Positions 36,601 through 48,500 of a DNA stretch of 64,000 nt are shown piece after piece. Source of the DNA: Macrostomum hystrix. Its lineage: Eukaryota > Animalia > Platyhelminthes. Position numbers and translations under genes: made by a program. Below the pieces are notes generated by a model, which saw only the letters and a program-made list of their open reading frames with translations, was not told the origin of the DNA and ran no database searches. The DNA is taken from the NCBI GenBank assembly GCA_950097015.1, contig CATNEN010000003.1:13020001-13084000 (forward strand). Direction: 5' to 3'. The number at the start of each line of letters is the position of its first letter. Within the stretch, counting starts at the first letter, position 1.

Positions 36601-38417
36601 TGGGGTAGATTGTTAGGCACAGTGGGGTAGACTATTAGGCACAGTGGTGTAGACTATTAGTCACAGTGGGGTAGACTATTAGTCACAGTGGGGTAGACTA
36701 TTAGTCACAGTGGGGTAGACTATTAGGCCCAGTGGAGTAGACTATTAGGCCCAGTGGGGTAGACTATTAGTCACAGTGGGGTAGACTGTTAGGCACAGTG
36801 GGGTAGACTATTAGGCACAGTGGGGTAGACTATTAGGCACAGTGGGGTAGACTATTAGTCACAGTGGGGTAGACTATTAGTCACAGTGGGGTAGACTATT
36901 AGTCACAGTGGGGTAGACTATTAGTCACAGTTGGGTAGACTATTAGTCACAGTGGGGTAGACTATTAGGCGCAGTGGGTAGACTATTAGTCACAGTGGGG
37001 TAGACTATTAGTCACAGTGGGGTAGACTATTAGGCGCAGTGGGTAGACTTTTAGGCCCAGTGGGGTAGACTGTTAGGCACAGTGGAGTAGACTATTAGGC
37101 TCAGTGGAGTAGACTATTAGGCACAGGGGGTAGACTATTAGGCCCAGTGGAGTAGACTGTTAGACACAGTGGGGTAGACTATTAGTCACAGTGGGGTAGA
37201 TTGTTAGTCACAGTGGGGTAGACTATTAGGCACAGTGGGGTAGACTATTAGTCACAGTGGGGTAGACTATTAGTCACAGTGGGGTAGACTATTAGTCACA
37301 GTGGGGTAGACTATTAGTCACAGTGGGGTAGACTATTAGTCACAGTGGGGTAGACTATTAGTCACAGTGGGGTAGACTATTAGGCGCAGTGGGTAGACTA
37401 TTAGGCCCAGTGGGGTAGACTGTTAGGCACATTGGGGTAGACTATTAGGCTCAGTGCAGAAGACTATTAGTCACAGTGGGGTAGACTGTTAGGCACAGTG
37501 GGGTAGACTATTAGGCTCAGTCCAGAAGACTATTAGTCACAGTGGGGTAGACTGTTAGGCCCAGTGGAGTAGACTATTAGGCCCAGTGGAGTAGACTATT
37601 AGGCCTAGTGGGGTAGTCTGTTAGGCCCAGTGGGGTAGAGTGTCAATTAGGCAGTGGGGTGTTGAGAGTGGCGCTGGGCTCAGGCGAGAATCCCAACTCA
37701 AACTTTTCAAGGTGGCTAACTGGAAGGAGCGTCGAATCTTTGAACTGGACCCGGTGACTGATCGTGTGATGTCTTCGATCAGCGGTGAATTTCTAGTCGA
37801 ACCCGTCCTTGTCACCGTTGGCAGCCGCGGCGAGATCATCATCGGCGACACAGGATCCGGAAAAATCTTTGTCGTGGATCCTGGCAGCGGCAATCTTCTA
37901 GCTAGCCTTGGCGACGGCCGATTGAAGTCATTGACTTCCATGACTGTCAACAAGTCCGAGGTTGTCGGTGTCAACGTCTATGGCCTGGCTAACGGCGCCG
38001 TGTCGATGTTTAGCGGCAGCGGCGGTAGCGACTGGCGAAGTCTAGCGGCTGGCGAGTTGAAGAATCCGACTGGAGCGGTTGCTGGGCTGGCTGTGGACGA
38101 GTTGGGCCGATTGCTGGTTGCTAGGCAGACCGGTGTGATACAGGTGAGCTCGTGTTGTTGCCTCTAATCCTATTTTTATGCCTCTGATCACCCACAGTCT
38201 ATGCCTCTTACTTTCCCACTCTATGGCTTTCTCTTCCCCAATTCTATGCCTCCATCCGCAGGTGTACACCCGGCCTCTAGGCGACTTCATTTGCGACATC
38301 CTGCCCGAGGAGCAGGAACGCTTGAGACGGCCAGGTGGTATTTGCTGCCTGACTGAGGGCTGGCTGGTTGTAGCTGACACTCTTGGCAACACGGTCAAGA
38401 AGTTTCGCTACACCTGA
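16884..38417 (+). CDS. TRIM-NHL protein (TRIM2/3-like: RING, B-box2, coiled coil, filamin/Ig, NHL repeats). Exons: 16884-17265, 18328-18479, 18568-18837, 35538-36092, 36371-36550, 37712-38143, 38262-38417; ~708 aa
   Basis: RING CGTC..PKLLPCSHTLCRAC..CPIC; B-box CSVH|RELLFCETCDTVFCSAC..H..H; filamin GGDPV..VEDMDDGSYAIRFVP..G.H.L.V; NHL motifs VSDTGNCRV, IIIGDTG, P.G..LVVAD. All six introns GT-AG; total 2127 nt in frame; AATAAA just after the stop. Confidence 0.9.
17390..18238. repeat. 33-bp minisatellite (GGGCTAGCGGGTGTCAAAGGCCCTGGGGGAATG) in TRIM-NHL intron 1
   Basis: Seen directly; G-run rich. Confidence 0.95.
18893..19917 (+). repeat. 21-bp minisatellite (ATTCCCTATCCACTGACCCAY), forward orientation, ~49 copies
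   Basis: Seen directly. Confidence 0.95.
20490..20938 (-). repeat. Same 21-bp minisatellite in inverted orientation (GGGAATATGGGTCAGTGGATA), ~21 copies
   Basis: Unit is the reverse complement of the 18893-19917 unit. Confidence 0.95.
21400..22480. repeat. ~26-bp purine-rich minisatellite (GAATGGGATTAAGAACAGAAGAGAGA)
   Basis: Period of 26 measured at 21601/21627. Confidence 0.9.
22887..25126 (-). repeat. Same 21-bp minisatellite, inverted, ~106 copies, with a 567-bp higher-order repeat
   Basis: Variant block ATCGGTCAGTGGATAGGCAATCTG at 24011 and 24578 (27 units apart). Confidence 0.95.
25557..25730. repeat. 40-bp (2x20) tandem repeat GATTAGCGGATTAGCAAGCAGATTAGTAGATTGGAAAACA
   Basis: Seen directly. 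Confidence 0.85.
25735..26596. repeat. 14-bp minisatellite (GTGGGAGAGACAGA)
   Basis: Period of 14 measured. Confidence 0.95.
27323..27512. repeat. Degenerate 6/12-bp repeat (AATCTCACCCTT)
   Basis: Seen directly. Confidence 0.75.
27960..33149. repeat. 23-bp minisatellite (CCTGTCAATCAGTCTGTAGTTTA), ~225 copies, with 1311-bp and 1012-bp higher-order duplications
   Basis: Marker variants at 28981/30292 (57 units apart) and 31291/32303 (44 units apart). Confidence 0.97.
33605..34615. repeat. (CTG)9 followed, from ~33700, by a two-state pentamer array (TCCTG/TCCTC)n
   Basis: Seen directly. Confidence 0.93.
35180..35526 (-). mobile_element. tRNA-derived SINE (family B), near full length, abutting the TRIM-NHL exon 4 acceptor
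   Basis: Minus strand begins with an A-box TGGCAGAGCGG and a B-box GTTCGACTC and ends in an (ATT)n tail; a second copy lies at 45660-46290. Confidence 0.8.
36578..37638. repeat. 22-bp minisatellite (AGTGGGGTAGACTATTAGTCAC) filling TRIM-NHL intron 5
   Basis: Period of 22 measured. Confidence 0.95.
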
Positions 38418-38495
38418 CTAAACTGGTTCAATAAAGCTATATCCTGCTGAGGATTAAGCAGACTTTTCTTAAATAACTTTCTTTTTTCAAGGTAA

Positions 38496-38757
38496 GGTTG
38501 TAGCCTAGACTCCACTGGAACAATTTGCGTCCTTTAGCAAGACACTTAACTCTGCATTGCTTCAGTTCACCCAGCTGTTAAATGGGTGCCAGCATCAGCT
38601 GGGATAATTGAAGGTGGGTGTGGCGTCCCCCCAGTCCGTGGACTGAACAGCTGTACGCAGGCTTCAGATGCGCCGCGCATTAGCTGCGGCTGTGCTGTCG
38701 GCTGCACATCTGACCCAATTGGGGCAGGTGTAATCAATTATTTAATTCAATTATTAA
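38496..38757 (+). mobile_element. CORE-type SINE (family A) with a 49-nt deletion in the tRNA head
   Basis: Near-identical to 45714-46022; 10-bp TSD TTCAAGGTAA at 38486-38495 and 38758-38767. Confidence 0.88.
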
Positions 38758-38777
38758 TTCAAGGTAACAATTATAAC

Positions 38778-39060
38778 TTTGAGATCATAGAATCAATAGT
38801 GTGAGGTTTTAAGACCAAGGAATCGCTAGGGTGAGATTTTGAGATCAATGAATTGAATTAGGTGAGATTTTGAGCTCAAGGAATTTATTGGGTGAGATTT
38901 TGAGATCAAAGAATTGAACTGGGTGAGATTTTGAGCTCAATGCAAGGAATTTAATAGGAAAGATTTTGAGATAAAATAATCTATAGAATGGTGAGATTTT
39001 GAGATCAAGGAAATTACTAGAGTGATATTTTGCGATCAATCGATCGACAGGGTGAGTTTT
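38778..39060. repeat. Degenerate ~30-bp tandem repeat (GGGTGAGATTTTGAGATCAA..)
   Basis: Seen directly. Confidence 0.8.
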
Positions 39061-41827
39061 TTAATTATAGATATTCCGTAAAAAAAATTTAAATTTTAGT
39101 CTGCATAAATCTGAGTTTTCTTTTCCAATTTTTCACTTTTAAATCACGCGAGATTTCCTCTTTTGATTCACTTTTCAAAATGGCGCAACACTAGTTTAGA
39201 TCCCATCTTCGATGCATAATGTTTTTTCAATGTGGCATTGTCCACTACCTGATTTTAATCTGCTCAGACAAACAAAGTAGGAGAGTTTTTGTTTACATAT
39301 TTCATTTTCAAATATTCCAACAGCTGACTTTTATAAACTTAACTGATAAGCAAAAACTGAAATGTGAAGTATAAAAAAGAACTCTTATGTTTTTTCTGTT
39401 CTTAGTGTTTTGTTATTACTTATTTTTAGCATAAGTATAGCGTTATAGCGTAGATTCTCGAAATGGCTACTGAGTAAGTAGTAGTAAGTAATATAGCTAC
39501 AAGTATAAAACGTGAACAAAATATTTTTGTTTTTGTTTTTGTTTCGTATTGCTCAGAATTTTTCACTTCTAGTTTATGTGCTTATATAAATTTCCTCTCT
39601 GCCTGTTACCGATCTCTGTTGCAACTTCGTTTTTTAGTACTCGTAAACTACTGTCTGCTGAAAAAATACTTTTGGTAAGTTTAATTAATAGGCATTTCTT
39701 TGACTTGTTTTAAAGACTGTTTAAAACTATATGTATAAAGCTTTTTTCTGCCACTATTTACTGTCAGTGCAGTACACGCACGCATCTTCATTATTCTTTA
39801 ATCAATCGGGCACTTTAAATAGCACACAGTATATTTCAAATTTAATTAATTGAAAAAACTATTATGTCACCGTTACTTCTTGCAATTTATAACTTCTTTT
39901 AATTAATTTATCTCAATTGTTTTTCGCAATCCCAAACTTCAGTTTCGGCACGTAGAAATAAATAGTTTAACTAAGAGTTTGCTTCAATTTTTTTATAACT
40001 TTACAAAATTTAATAATTTGTTTGTCAATATTATATAAGTTATTTTTTATCTAAACAAGAGTAAAGCAAAAATTTACTTCGAGATATTTTCAATAACAAA
40101 CTTTACCCTAATTTCTGTACCGTAAAATAATTATCGCGCTTAAGATAAAGTATGCTTGAGCCAACCATTGATACAGTATTACGTAATCATTATTTCTATC
40201 TTGCCGTCAAAATTTTAGAAAACACACACAAATAGCGCCATGTTTAGTACATTGCAATTGTTAAATAGTCCTTCCTGCCTAGGTTATATAACTATTAATC
40301 TACTTCTGACCATAACTCTATACAGTAACGGTATATTCTTAACAATCTTATTACAAATCGAGGTATAGAGCCTGATAAGTGTTTATATATGAGACATACA
40401 ATTATATAAATATCGTATTGGTCTTATCAGCTTATAATACAAATACAACTATTTCCCTGTAGTGAGATAAAGTAGATTTATTTTTATTTTTAATTCTACT
40501 CGAAGATTATATATATCAGGTAGAAAAAAACCCAAAAACCCAAACCTTTTGGGTTTTTTTTACCCAAAAGGTATATGCTTTAAAACTTAAACTCCCCGTG
40601 TTTCCTTGCGTTCCCTAATTGTCTACTCTTAGCATTTAAATTAGAATGAGACGTCAGGTGTTGTCATCTTAGTCCGAGGTAACTATAATCTTTAATTAGT
40701 GCATGGCTGAATTAAATAAGATAAGCAAACCACAATGAAAGCAGTTCAGAGTTAAGAAAACTGTTTTTATATTTACGATCGTCTGAAATCGAATGCTATT
40801 AATGACACGTCAGAACAAACAGACAAACACAAAAGCACACAATTAAACGACCTAAACGAGCCGATTTCAATGTTAATGAATAGCACGAATGACAGAGTTT
40901 GAAAAGATGAAACGATTTGTTATACTGTGTAATGATGATCAGTCACTCATTATCGTTGGTTCAATGAAAAAATCTAGACAATTAAAATAATGCCATGGAA
41001 GCTGCATGTACTGTATAATTAAGAGGACTTTTAAAAAGAGAATGAATTCGCTGAATACCTGCAATATTTCCAATGAAAATAATTTAACACGCGTGAAAAC
41101 AATTCCGTACTTTAAAAACAAAATTCTAAAAAGTCCACGCGATTGAGGAAGCTTTGGCGGTAAGAACGATTTTTGACACATTTGTTAACAAATAAGTCGT
41201 GGTGATTTGAGGAAAAGGATGAAAACTAAAGGATCAATATACTAGGGATCGGAATTCGCTATGGGATTTGGTGACAGGATTTTGTTTTTTCATTTTCGCA
41301 ACTGGAATCCCTTACAATTGGAATCGTCATATTCAGTTTGAAATCTGAGAATAGTAATATTCCACTGGGGAATTTGGAATAATAATCTTTTGATTGGGAT
41401 CGCGATTTGTACACTGGTACTTTGCGGTTTCGAATCTTCTTTGTAGGATTTGGCTTGTAGAATATTTAAAGTTGGGATAAAAATTTCGCCATAATTTAAT
41501 TTTATTAATTATGTATAAGCAAAAGTAGAAAAAAACTACATTTATCGCCACACTAGGCACTGACTCAAGCATTTTAACAACCGGGGGCATAACTGAAACC
41601 GGAATTCAGGAATTTAAGCTGTTTAAATTAAAAAACGTACTATAAAAATGTGCACCAAATTAGCAAATTAGCTGGGGTAGCACATGCCATGGAAGAAAGA
41701 TTAAAATCAAGTTTAGTAACTCAGAAAATGGTCAATATACATAAAATTTGGCAAGCAGATTTAGTTTCAGCACTTTGAGTCTATAGATCTATTGTCAGAT
41801 TACTTTCTCAATTCTTAAAGGGATGCA

Positions 41828-42430
41828 TAGTCTAGCAATCCATTTTCTAAATTCCTAGGTGAATAAATAGACTAGCAATCCATTTTCCAAATTCCAAGGT
41901 GAATAGACTAGCAATCCATTTTCCAAATTCCAAGGTGAATAGACTAGCAATCCATTTTCTAAATTCCAAGGTGAATAGACTAGCAATCCATTTTCTAAAT
42001 TCCAAGGTGAATAGACAAGCAATCCATTTTCAAAATTCCTAAGTGAATAGACTAGCAATCCATTTTCTAAATTCCTAAGTGAATAGACTAGCACTCGATT
42101 TTCTAAATTCCTAAGTGAATAGACTAGCAATCCATTTTCTAAATTCCTAAGTGAATAGACTAGCAATCCATTTTCTAAATTCCTAAGTGAATAGACTAGC
42201 ACTCGATTTTCTAAATTCCTAAGTGAATAGACTAGCAATCCATTTTCTAAATTCCTAAGTGAATAGACTAGCAATCCATTTTCTAAATTCCAAGGTGAAT
42301 AGACAAGCAATCCATTTTCTAAATTCCTAGGTGAATAAATAGACTAGCAATCCATTTTCAAAATTCCTAAGTGAATAGACAAGCACTCGATTTTCTAAAT
42401 TCCTAGGTGAATAGACTAGCAATCCATTCT
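41828..42430. repeat. 36-bp minisatellite (GAATAGACTAGCAATCCATTTTCTAAATTCCTAAGT) downstream of the hunchback stop
   Basis: Seen directly; gives the 12-aa period in ORF 41855..42310. Confidence 0.93.
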
Positions 42431-42597
42431 AATACAACAGCAGCCACAATTAGACGATAATTCAGAAAATTTGGCTAAAACTGAAAAGAAGCGCAAAATG
42501 AAAAAGCTAAGAATAATGTTACTAGCCCGCTTGATATGCAGTCAAAGTTCAATCTAAAAGAAGCTAGACAATAAAATTCCAGAAAGTCTCAACTTCA

Positions 42598-45500
42598 CTA
42601 GTGCGGAGTTCTAGCCAGGTGGACGAAGAATTCTAGCCGATCTCGAGACTCCGAGCCGCACCTGCTGCACCTGAACGGATTGTCTCCAAGTCCGTGGAAG
42701 GCCATATGCAGGTGGTACATTAGCTGGTCGCGAAATAGCAGGCCGCAATGCTCGCACTCGAAATCGTGCGTAGGATCCTGAGAGGGGGTTGACGATGATG
42801 ATGAACAGGAAGCTGGCTGCTGCTGCTTCTGCTGCTGCTGAGTCGTTGGCCGCTTCTCAAAGTCTTCAATTAGGCGTTTCTTCTTATAATGCGATGGCGA
42901 CGAGAAGGCGGACATTGCGACGACGTTAACGGGTGGCGGCGTCATCGGCTTAGTGATCTGCGGCTTGACTGACAGGTCTAACGGAAGTTGTAGAGGATGC
43001 TGACATGTCTGCGGCGGCGGCGGCAGTGGCGGAGGCGGCTTCGGCGGCGCAATCGGTTGATAAGGCAGTTGCCACGGTAACTGAACCTGCGGCTGCGGCC
43101 GCGGCGGTGGCAGATGAATCAGCGGTGCCAGATGCTGAACTGGCTGATGCTGACGAGACTGAATTGTGTCTGGTGTCACCGCAGTTGATTGGTCGGCGGC
43201 ACAGCTGATTAAGTGGCGAGAAGGCGGTGTTACTCGCGATTAAATATTTTGGACACGATTAAATATGTTGGCCTTGATAGAGAAAGTTAGACAGAAATAA
43301 ACATGTTAGACATGAATGAATATGTTAGACAGAAATAAACATAGTACACAAGAATGAAAATGTTAGACAATAATGAACATGTTAGACATGAATGAACATG
43401 TTAGACAATAATGAACATGTTAGACATGAATGAAGATGTTAGACAATAATTAACATATTAGATATGAATGAACATGTTAGACATCATCTGAACATTTTAG
43501 TTTCGAAATAAAACGTTTGGCAAGAATGATTAAGTAAGAAATGAACTTAAATGTGATTGTACTGTCTAAAATGAACATGTTAGATAGCACATGTTAGACT
43601 GTGCATGTTAGACATTACATGTTAGACTGTGCATGTTAGACAGTAGATGTTAGACAGTAGATGTTAGACAGTGCATGTTAGACAGTAGATTTTAGACTGT
43701 ACATATTAGACAGTAGACGTTAGACAGTACATGTTAGACAGTGCATGTTAGACAGTGCATGTTAGACAGTGCATGTTAGACAGTGCATTTTAGACAGTGC
43801 ATGTTAGACAGTACATGTTAGACAGTGCATGTTAGACAGTACATGTTAGACAGTGCATGTTAGACAGTACATGTTAGACAGGCATGTTAGACATTAGATT
43901 TTAGACTGTACATATTAGACAGTAGACGTTAGACAGTAGATGTTAGACAGTGCATGTTAGACAGTGCATGTTAGACAGTGCATGTTAGACAGTGCATTTT
44001 AGACAGTGCATGTTAGACAGTACATGTTAGACAGTGCATGTTAGACAGTACATGTTAGACAGTGCATGTTAGACAGTACATGTTAGACAGGCATGTTAGA
44101 CATTAGATTTTAGACTGTACATATTAGACAGTAGACGTTAGACAGTAGATGTTAGACAGTGCATGTTAGACAGTGCATGTTAGACAGTGCATGTTAGACA
44201 GTACATGTTAGACAGTGCATGTTAGACAGTGCATGTTAGACATTAGATTTTAGACTGTACATATTAGACAGTAGACGTTAGACAGTAGATGTTAGACAGT
44301 GCATGTTAGACAGTGCATGTTAGACAGTGCATGTTAGACAGTACATGTTAGACAGTACATGTTAGACATTAGATTTTAGACAGTAGATGTTAGACAGTGC
44401 ATGTTAGACAGTGCATGTTAGACAGTACATGTTAGACTGTGCATGTTAGACAGTAGATGTTAGACAGTATGTTAGACAGTGCATGTTAGACAGTACATGT
44501 TAGACAGTGCATGTTAGACATTAGATTTTAGTCTTTACATATTAGACAGTAGACGTTAGACAGTAGATGTTAGACAGTGCATGTTAGACAGTGCATGTTA
44601 GACAGTGCATGTTAGACAGTACATGTTAGACAGTACATGTTAGACATTAGATTTTAGACAGTAGATGTTAGACAGTGCATGTTAGACAGTGCATGTTAGA
44701 CAGTACATGTTAGACTGTGCATGTTAGACAGTAGATGTTAGACAGTATGTTAGACAGTGCATGTTAGACAGTACATGTTAGACAGTGCATGTTAGACATT
44801 AGATTTTAGTCTTTACATATTAGACAGTAGACGTTAGACAGTAGATGTTAGACAGTGCATGTTAGACAGTACATGTTAGACTGTGCATGTTAGACAGTAG
44901 ACGTTAGACTGCACATGTTAGGTCTCACTCCTCACCTATTATCAGATAATTTCTTCTGCTTTCGCCTCTGTTTCCTCTTGGCGGCGGAGGCCAGCGGAAC
45001 CTCGGGCATGCTGCCATCAGGGTTCAGTGTGGCAGCTGGAGCGTGTCCATACTTCTTCAAGTGCTGCCTGAGTGAGTGGCAATATTTGCTAGCGTAGCCG
45101 CAGTCGCGACACCGATGCTGGTAGACATTGGTGTGCGATTTCAGATGCGAATTCAGCATACTCCGATTGACGCACTGATAATTGCATTTGCCGCATTTGT
45201 ATGGCTTTGAACCGAAGTGATTGCGAATGTGGTACTCCAAATGGTGCTTGTACTCGGTGACGAATGGACACTTGGGGCACTGCAGCATCCTGGCAGCTTT
45301 GATGTGGGATCTGGCGTGCTCCCAGAAGGCGGTCTTGTCAAGCGCTGTGAATGAGCATTGTTTGCAGCGCAACAGCTTCGGTCCGGTAGCTCGGCCAGTG
45401 TAGGTTGGCGGCGGCACGTCGCTGTGAAAGTCGCGAACGTGCCGACGCAACCGACCGCCGGTCCGGCATTTGTAGTCGCATTTCGGGCATTGCTGATCGT

Positions 45501-48500
45501 AGTGCGTGCCCATGTGCTGGCGGAATGCCTCGCGGCTAATGCCTGATATTGTAACCAATTTTTTGCCCTCTTTAATTTGCATTTTTTTTTCGTAGCCGTA
45601 TTACTGAAGGCTGCGTACGGCTGTTCAGTCCATGGACAGGACCGAATTTCTACGCTCAGCTAATAATAATAATTGCATGAGGGCTGCGGACAATGACACA
45701 TCATTGGGTGACAGCCTAGGTTGTAGCCTAGTGGTTAGAGCGTCGGACTCACGACTTGAAGGTCGGGGGTTCGATTCCCGACTCCACTGGAACAATTTGT
45801 GTCCTTTAGCAAGACACTTAACTCTGCATTGCTTCAGTTCACCCAGCTGTTAAATGGGTACCAGCATCAGCTGGGATAATTGAAGGTGGGTGTGGCGTCC
45901 CCCCAGTCCATGGACTGAACAGCTGTACGCAGCCTTCAGATGCGCCGCGCATTAGCTGCGGCTGTGCTGTCGGCTGCACATCTGGCCCAATTGGGGCAGG
46001 TGTAATAAATAAAAAAATAATAATTGGGTGACACTAAACCCGCAGCCAGCGATGAGGCAATTCTGCCCATTCCGCTGACTCCTGGGCACACGCTCACACA
46101 GGTGTGTACATCTGCCTTGACTTTCTCATCTTCAGGCAGTGTACACTCTCACTGTGCCTTGGAGGTTGGACCTCAACGGCTTAAATTGCACGACACGCCA
46201 CAAGCCTTCTCTCCGCGGCTGCGCCCCAAATAAATGTGGCCTCGCCGCGGAATCGAGCTCAGGACCTTTGGTGCACGAGGCAAACGCGGTATATTAATTT
46301 AGTTACCAATTGCACAAAAGGTTTTAGACAAAAAAACTACTCAGGAGCCTTGTTGTTTTACTCCTACTGGTCAAACAAATTAAGACACAAATAACTAGAA
46401 GTGTGCCAATTTTTTTAACATTCTTCTCTCTTTTTTATGTTTAAAACAGAGTTTGAAGACAACGCGAAATCGTGACCGCTGAATCGTGTATCATAGACCG
46501 TATAATTCAAATTGACACATTCCCCGACCCTTTGGCTCCGATTCTGACACTGGTCAGACAGACTCCCCTTGTCCGTCTTTTTTTCCTGTTTCTTTTCTAG
46601 TTTTTCCAGCAAAAAATCCTGAAAACATTTCTAGAAAGTGGCACGACTGGACTATGTTCTCCCAACAAAATTACCATTTTTTGCCAAACGGGAACAGAAA
46701 ATTTTCGTGTTTTTCAGAACGCCAGCTGCAGATTCTGAGAGAAGAAATTCTTCAACTAGAAAAGTCACGATTTCAAATTTTAATTCTGGCAGGCAACAGG
46801 AGTGAACAGTGGCATCCGCTTCTTTGCCAAAATATTTTCGATTTTTTTCTACATTTTTAAATTGGGGTTAGGATTTTTCCTACTGGGATTTGGGATCTGG
46901 GATTTGGGATCGCGTGGTATCTAAAATTTGTTGAATTGTAAATGGAGATTTCGGAATCTTGAATGGGATTTTGGGATCTTTGGATTTTGAATTTTGGGAT
47001 CTTTGGATTTTGAATTTTGGGATCTTTGGATTCTGAATTTTGGGATCTTTAGATTCTGAATTTTGGGATCTTTGGATTCTGAATTTTGGGATCTTTGGAT
47101 TTTAAATGGGATTTTGGGATCTTCTTAATCTGAATTTTGGGGTTTTGGGTGGGATTTGCGGATCTTCGGATTCTGAATGGGATTTATGAATAACAGTAGT
47201 TATTTATCATCCAATTTCATACAACTAAACTCAACACAATCAGCTTATCTAGGACTCAAAAAATCTAGTTGCTCCTCACCAGTGTACTCGCACAGGTGGC
47301 AGGCAAATATTCCACTGGCGTCTGCTGATCCGTCAGCCGCGGCCGCAGCTTCAGCCTTGAACACTGCGGCGTCCTGATCTTCGTCGTCGTCATCATCGTC
47401 GTCCTCGGTGTCGTCGACAAAGTCCTCCTCAACTTGTCCTTCTCGGTCGTCGGCATCAAATCGAAAATAATCGCCGTCGCTGGCGGATTCGTCTGTTACT
47501 GGGGCGTTGCCAGGCGCCGGCGTTGCCATAGCAACCATTGGAAGAGATTTAGGCGACGAATCTTTCACTGCGACTGCGACAAAATTGACGGCTGCCTCCA
47601 GACTGCCGGGTCGTTCGTCGCAGGAACGGAGCCTTTCGGGATCTGAGAATTCGCCAGATTGAAGGTCGAAGCCATCAGCGTCCTGATTGTCGAATTCCGA
47701 GGGACTGTCAAGGAGTGGTCAAACTAATTATTAGAAGCATTTAATAATTTTATCTCTAACAGCCTGACACAGTATCTAACAGTCTGACACAGTATCTAAC
47801 AGACTGACACAGTATCTAACAGACTGACACAGTATCTAACAGGCTCACAAAGTATCTAACAGTCTGACACAGTATCTAACAGGCTCACAAAGTATCTAAC
47901 AGCCTGACACAGTGTCTAACAGTCTGACACAGTATCTAACAGCCTGACACAGTATCTAACAGTCTGACACAGTATCTAACAGACTGACACAGTATCTAAC
48001 AGTCTGACACAGTATCTAACAGGCTCACACAGTATCTAACAGTCTGACACAGTATCTAACAGGCTCACAAAGTATCTAACAGCCTGACACAGTGTCTAAC
48101 AGTCTGACACAGTATCTAACAGTCTGACACAGTATCTAACAGTCTGACACAGTATCTAACAGGCTCACACAGTATCTAACAGTCTGACACAGTATCTAAC
48201 AGGCTCACACAGTATCTAACAGTCTGACACAGTATCTAACAGGCTCACACAGTATCTAACACGCTCACACAGTAGCTAACAGTCTGACACAGTATCTAAC
48301 AGTCTGACACAATATCTAACAGTCTGACACAATATCTAACAGTCTGACACAGTACCTAACAGTCTGACACAATAGCTAACAGTCTGACACAATAGCTAAC
48401 AGTCTGACACAGTATCTAACAGCCTGACACAGTATCTAACAGTCTGACACAGTATCTAACAGTCTGACACAGTACCTAACAGTCTGACACAATAGCTAAC

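Noticed and set aside
40524-40572. Hairpin CCTTTTGGGT-T7-ACCCAAAAGG
   Set aside because: Low complexity, single copy, no TSD; bacterial terminator logic does not apply
45714-45790. tRNA gene
   Set aside because: No proper acceptor stem; continues into a CORE domain and A-tail with TSDs, so it is a SINE head
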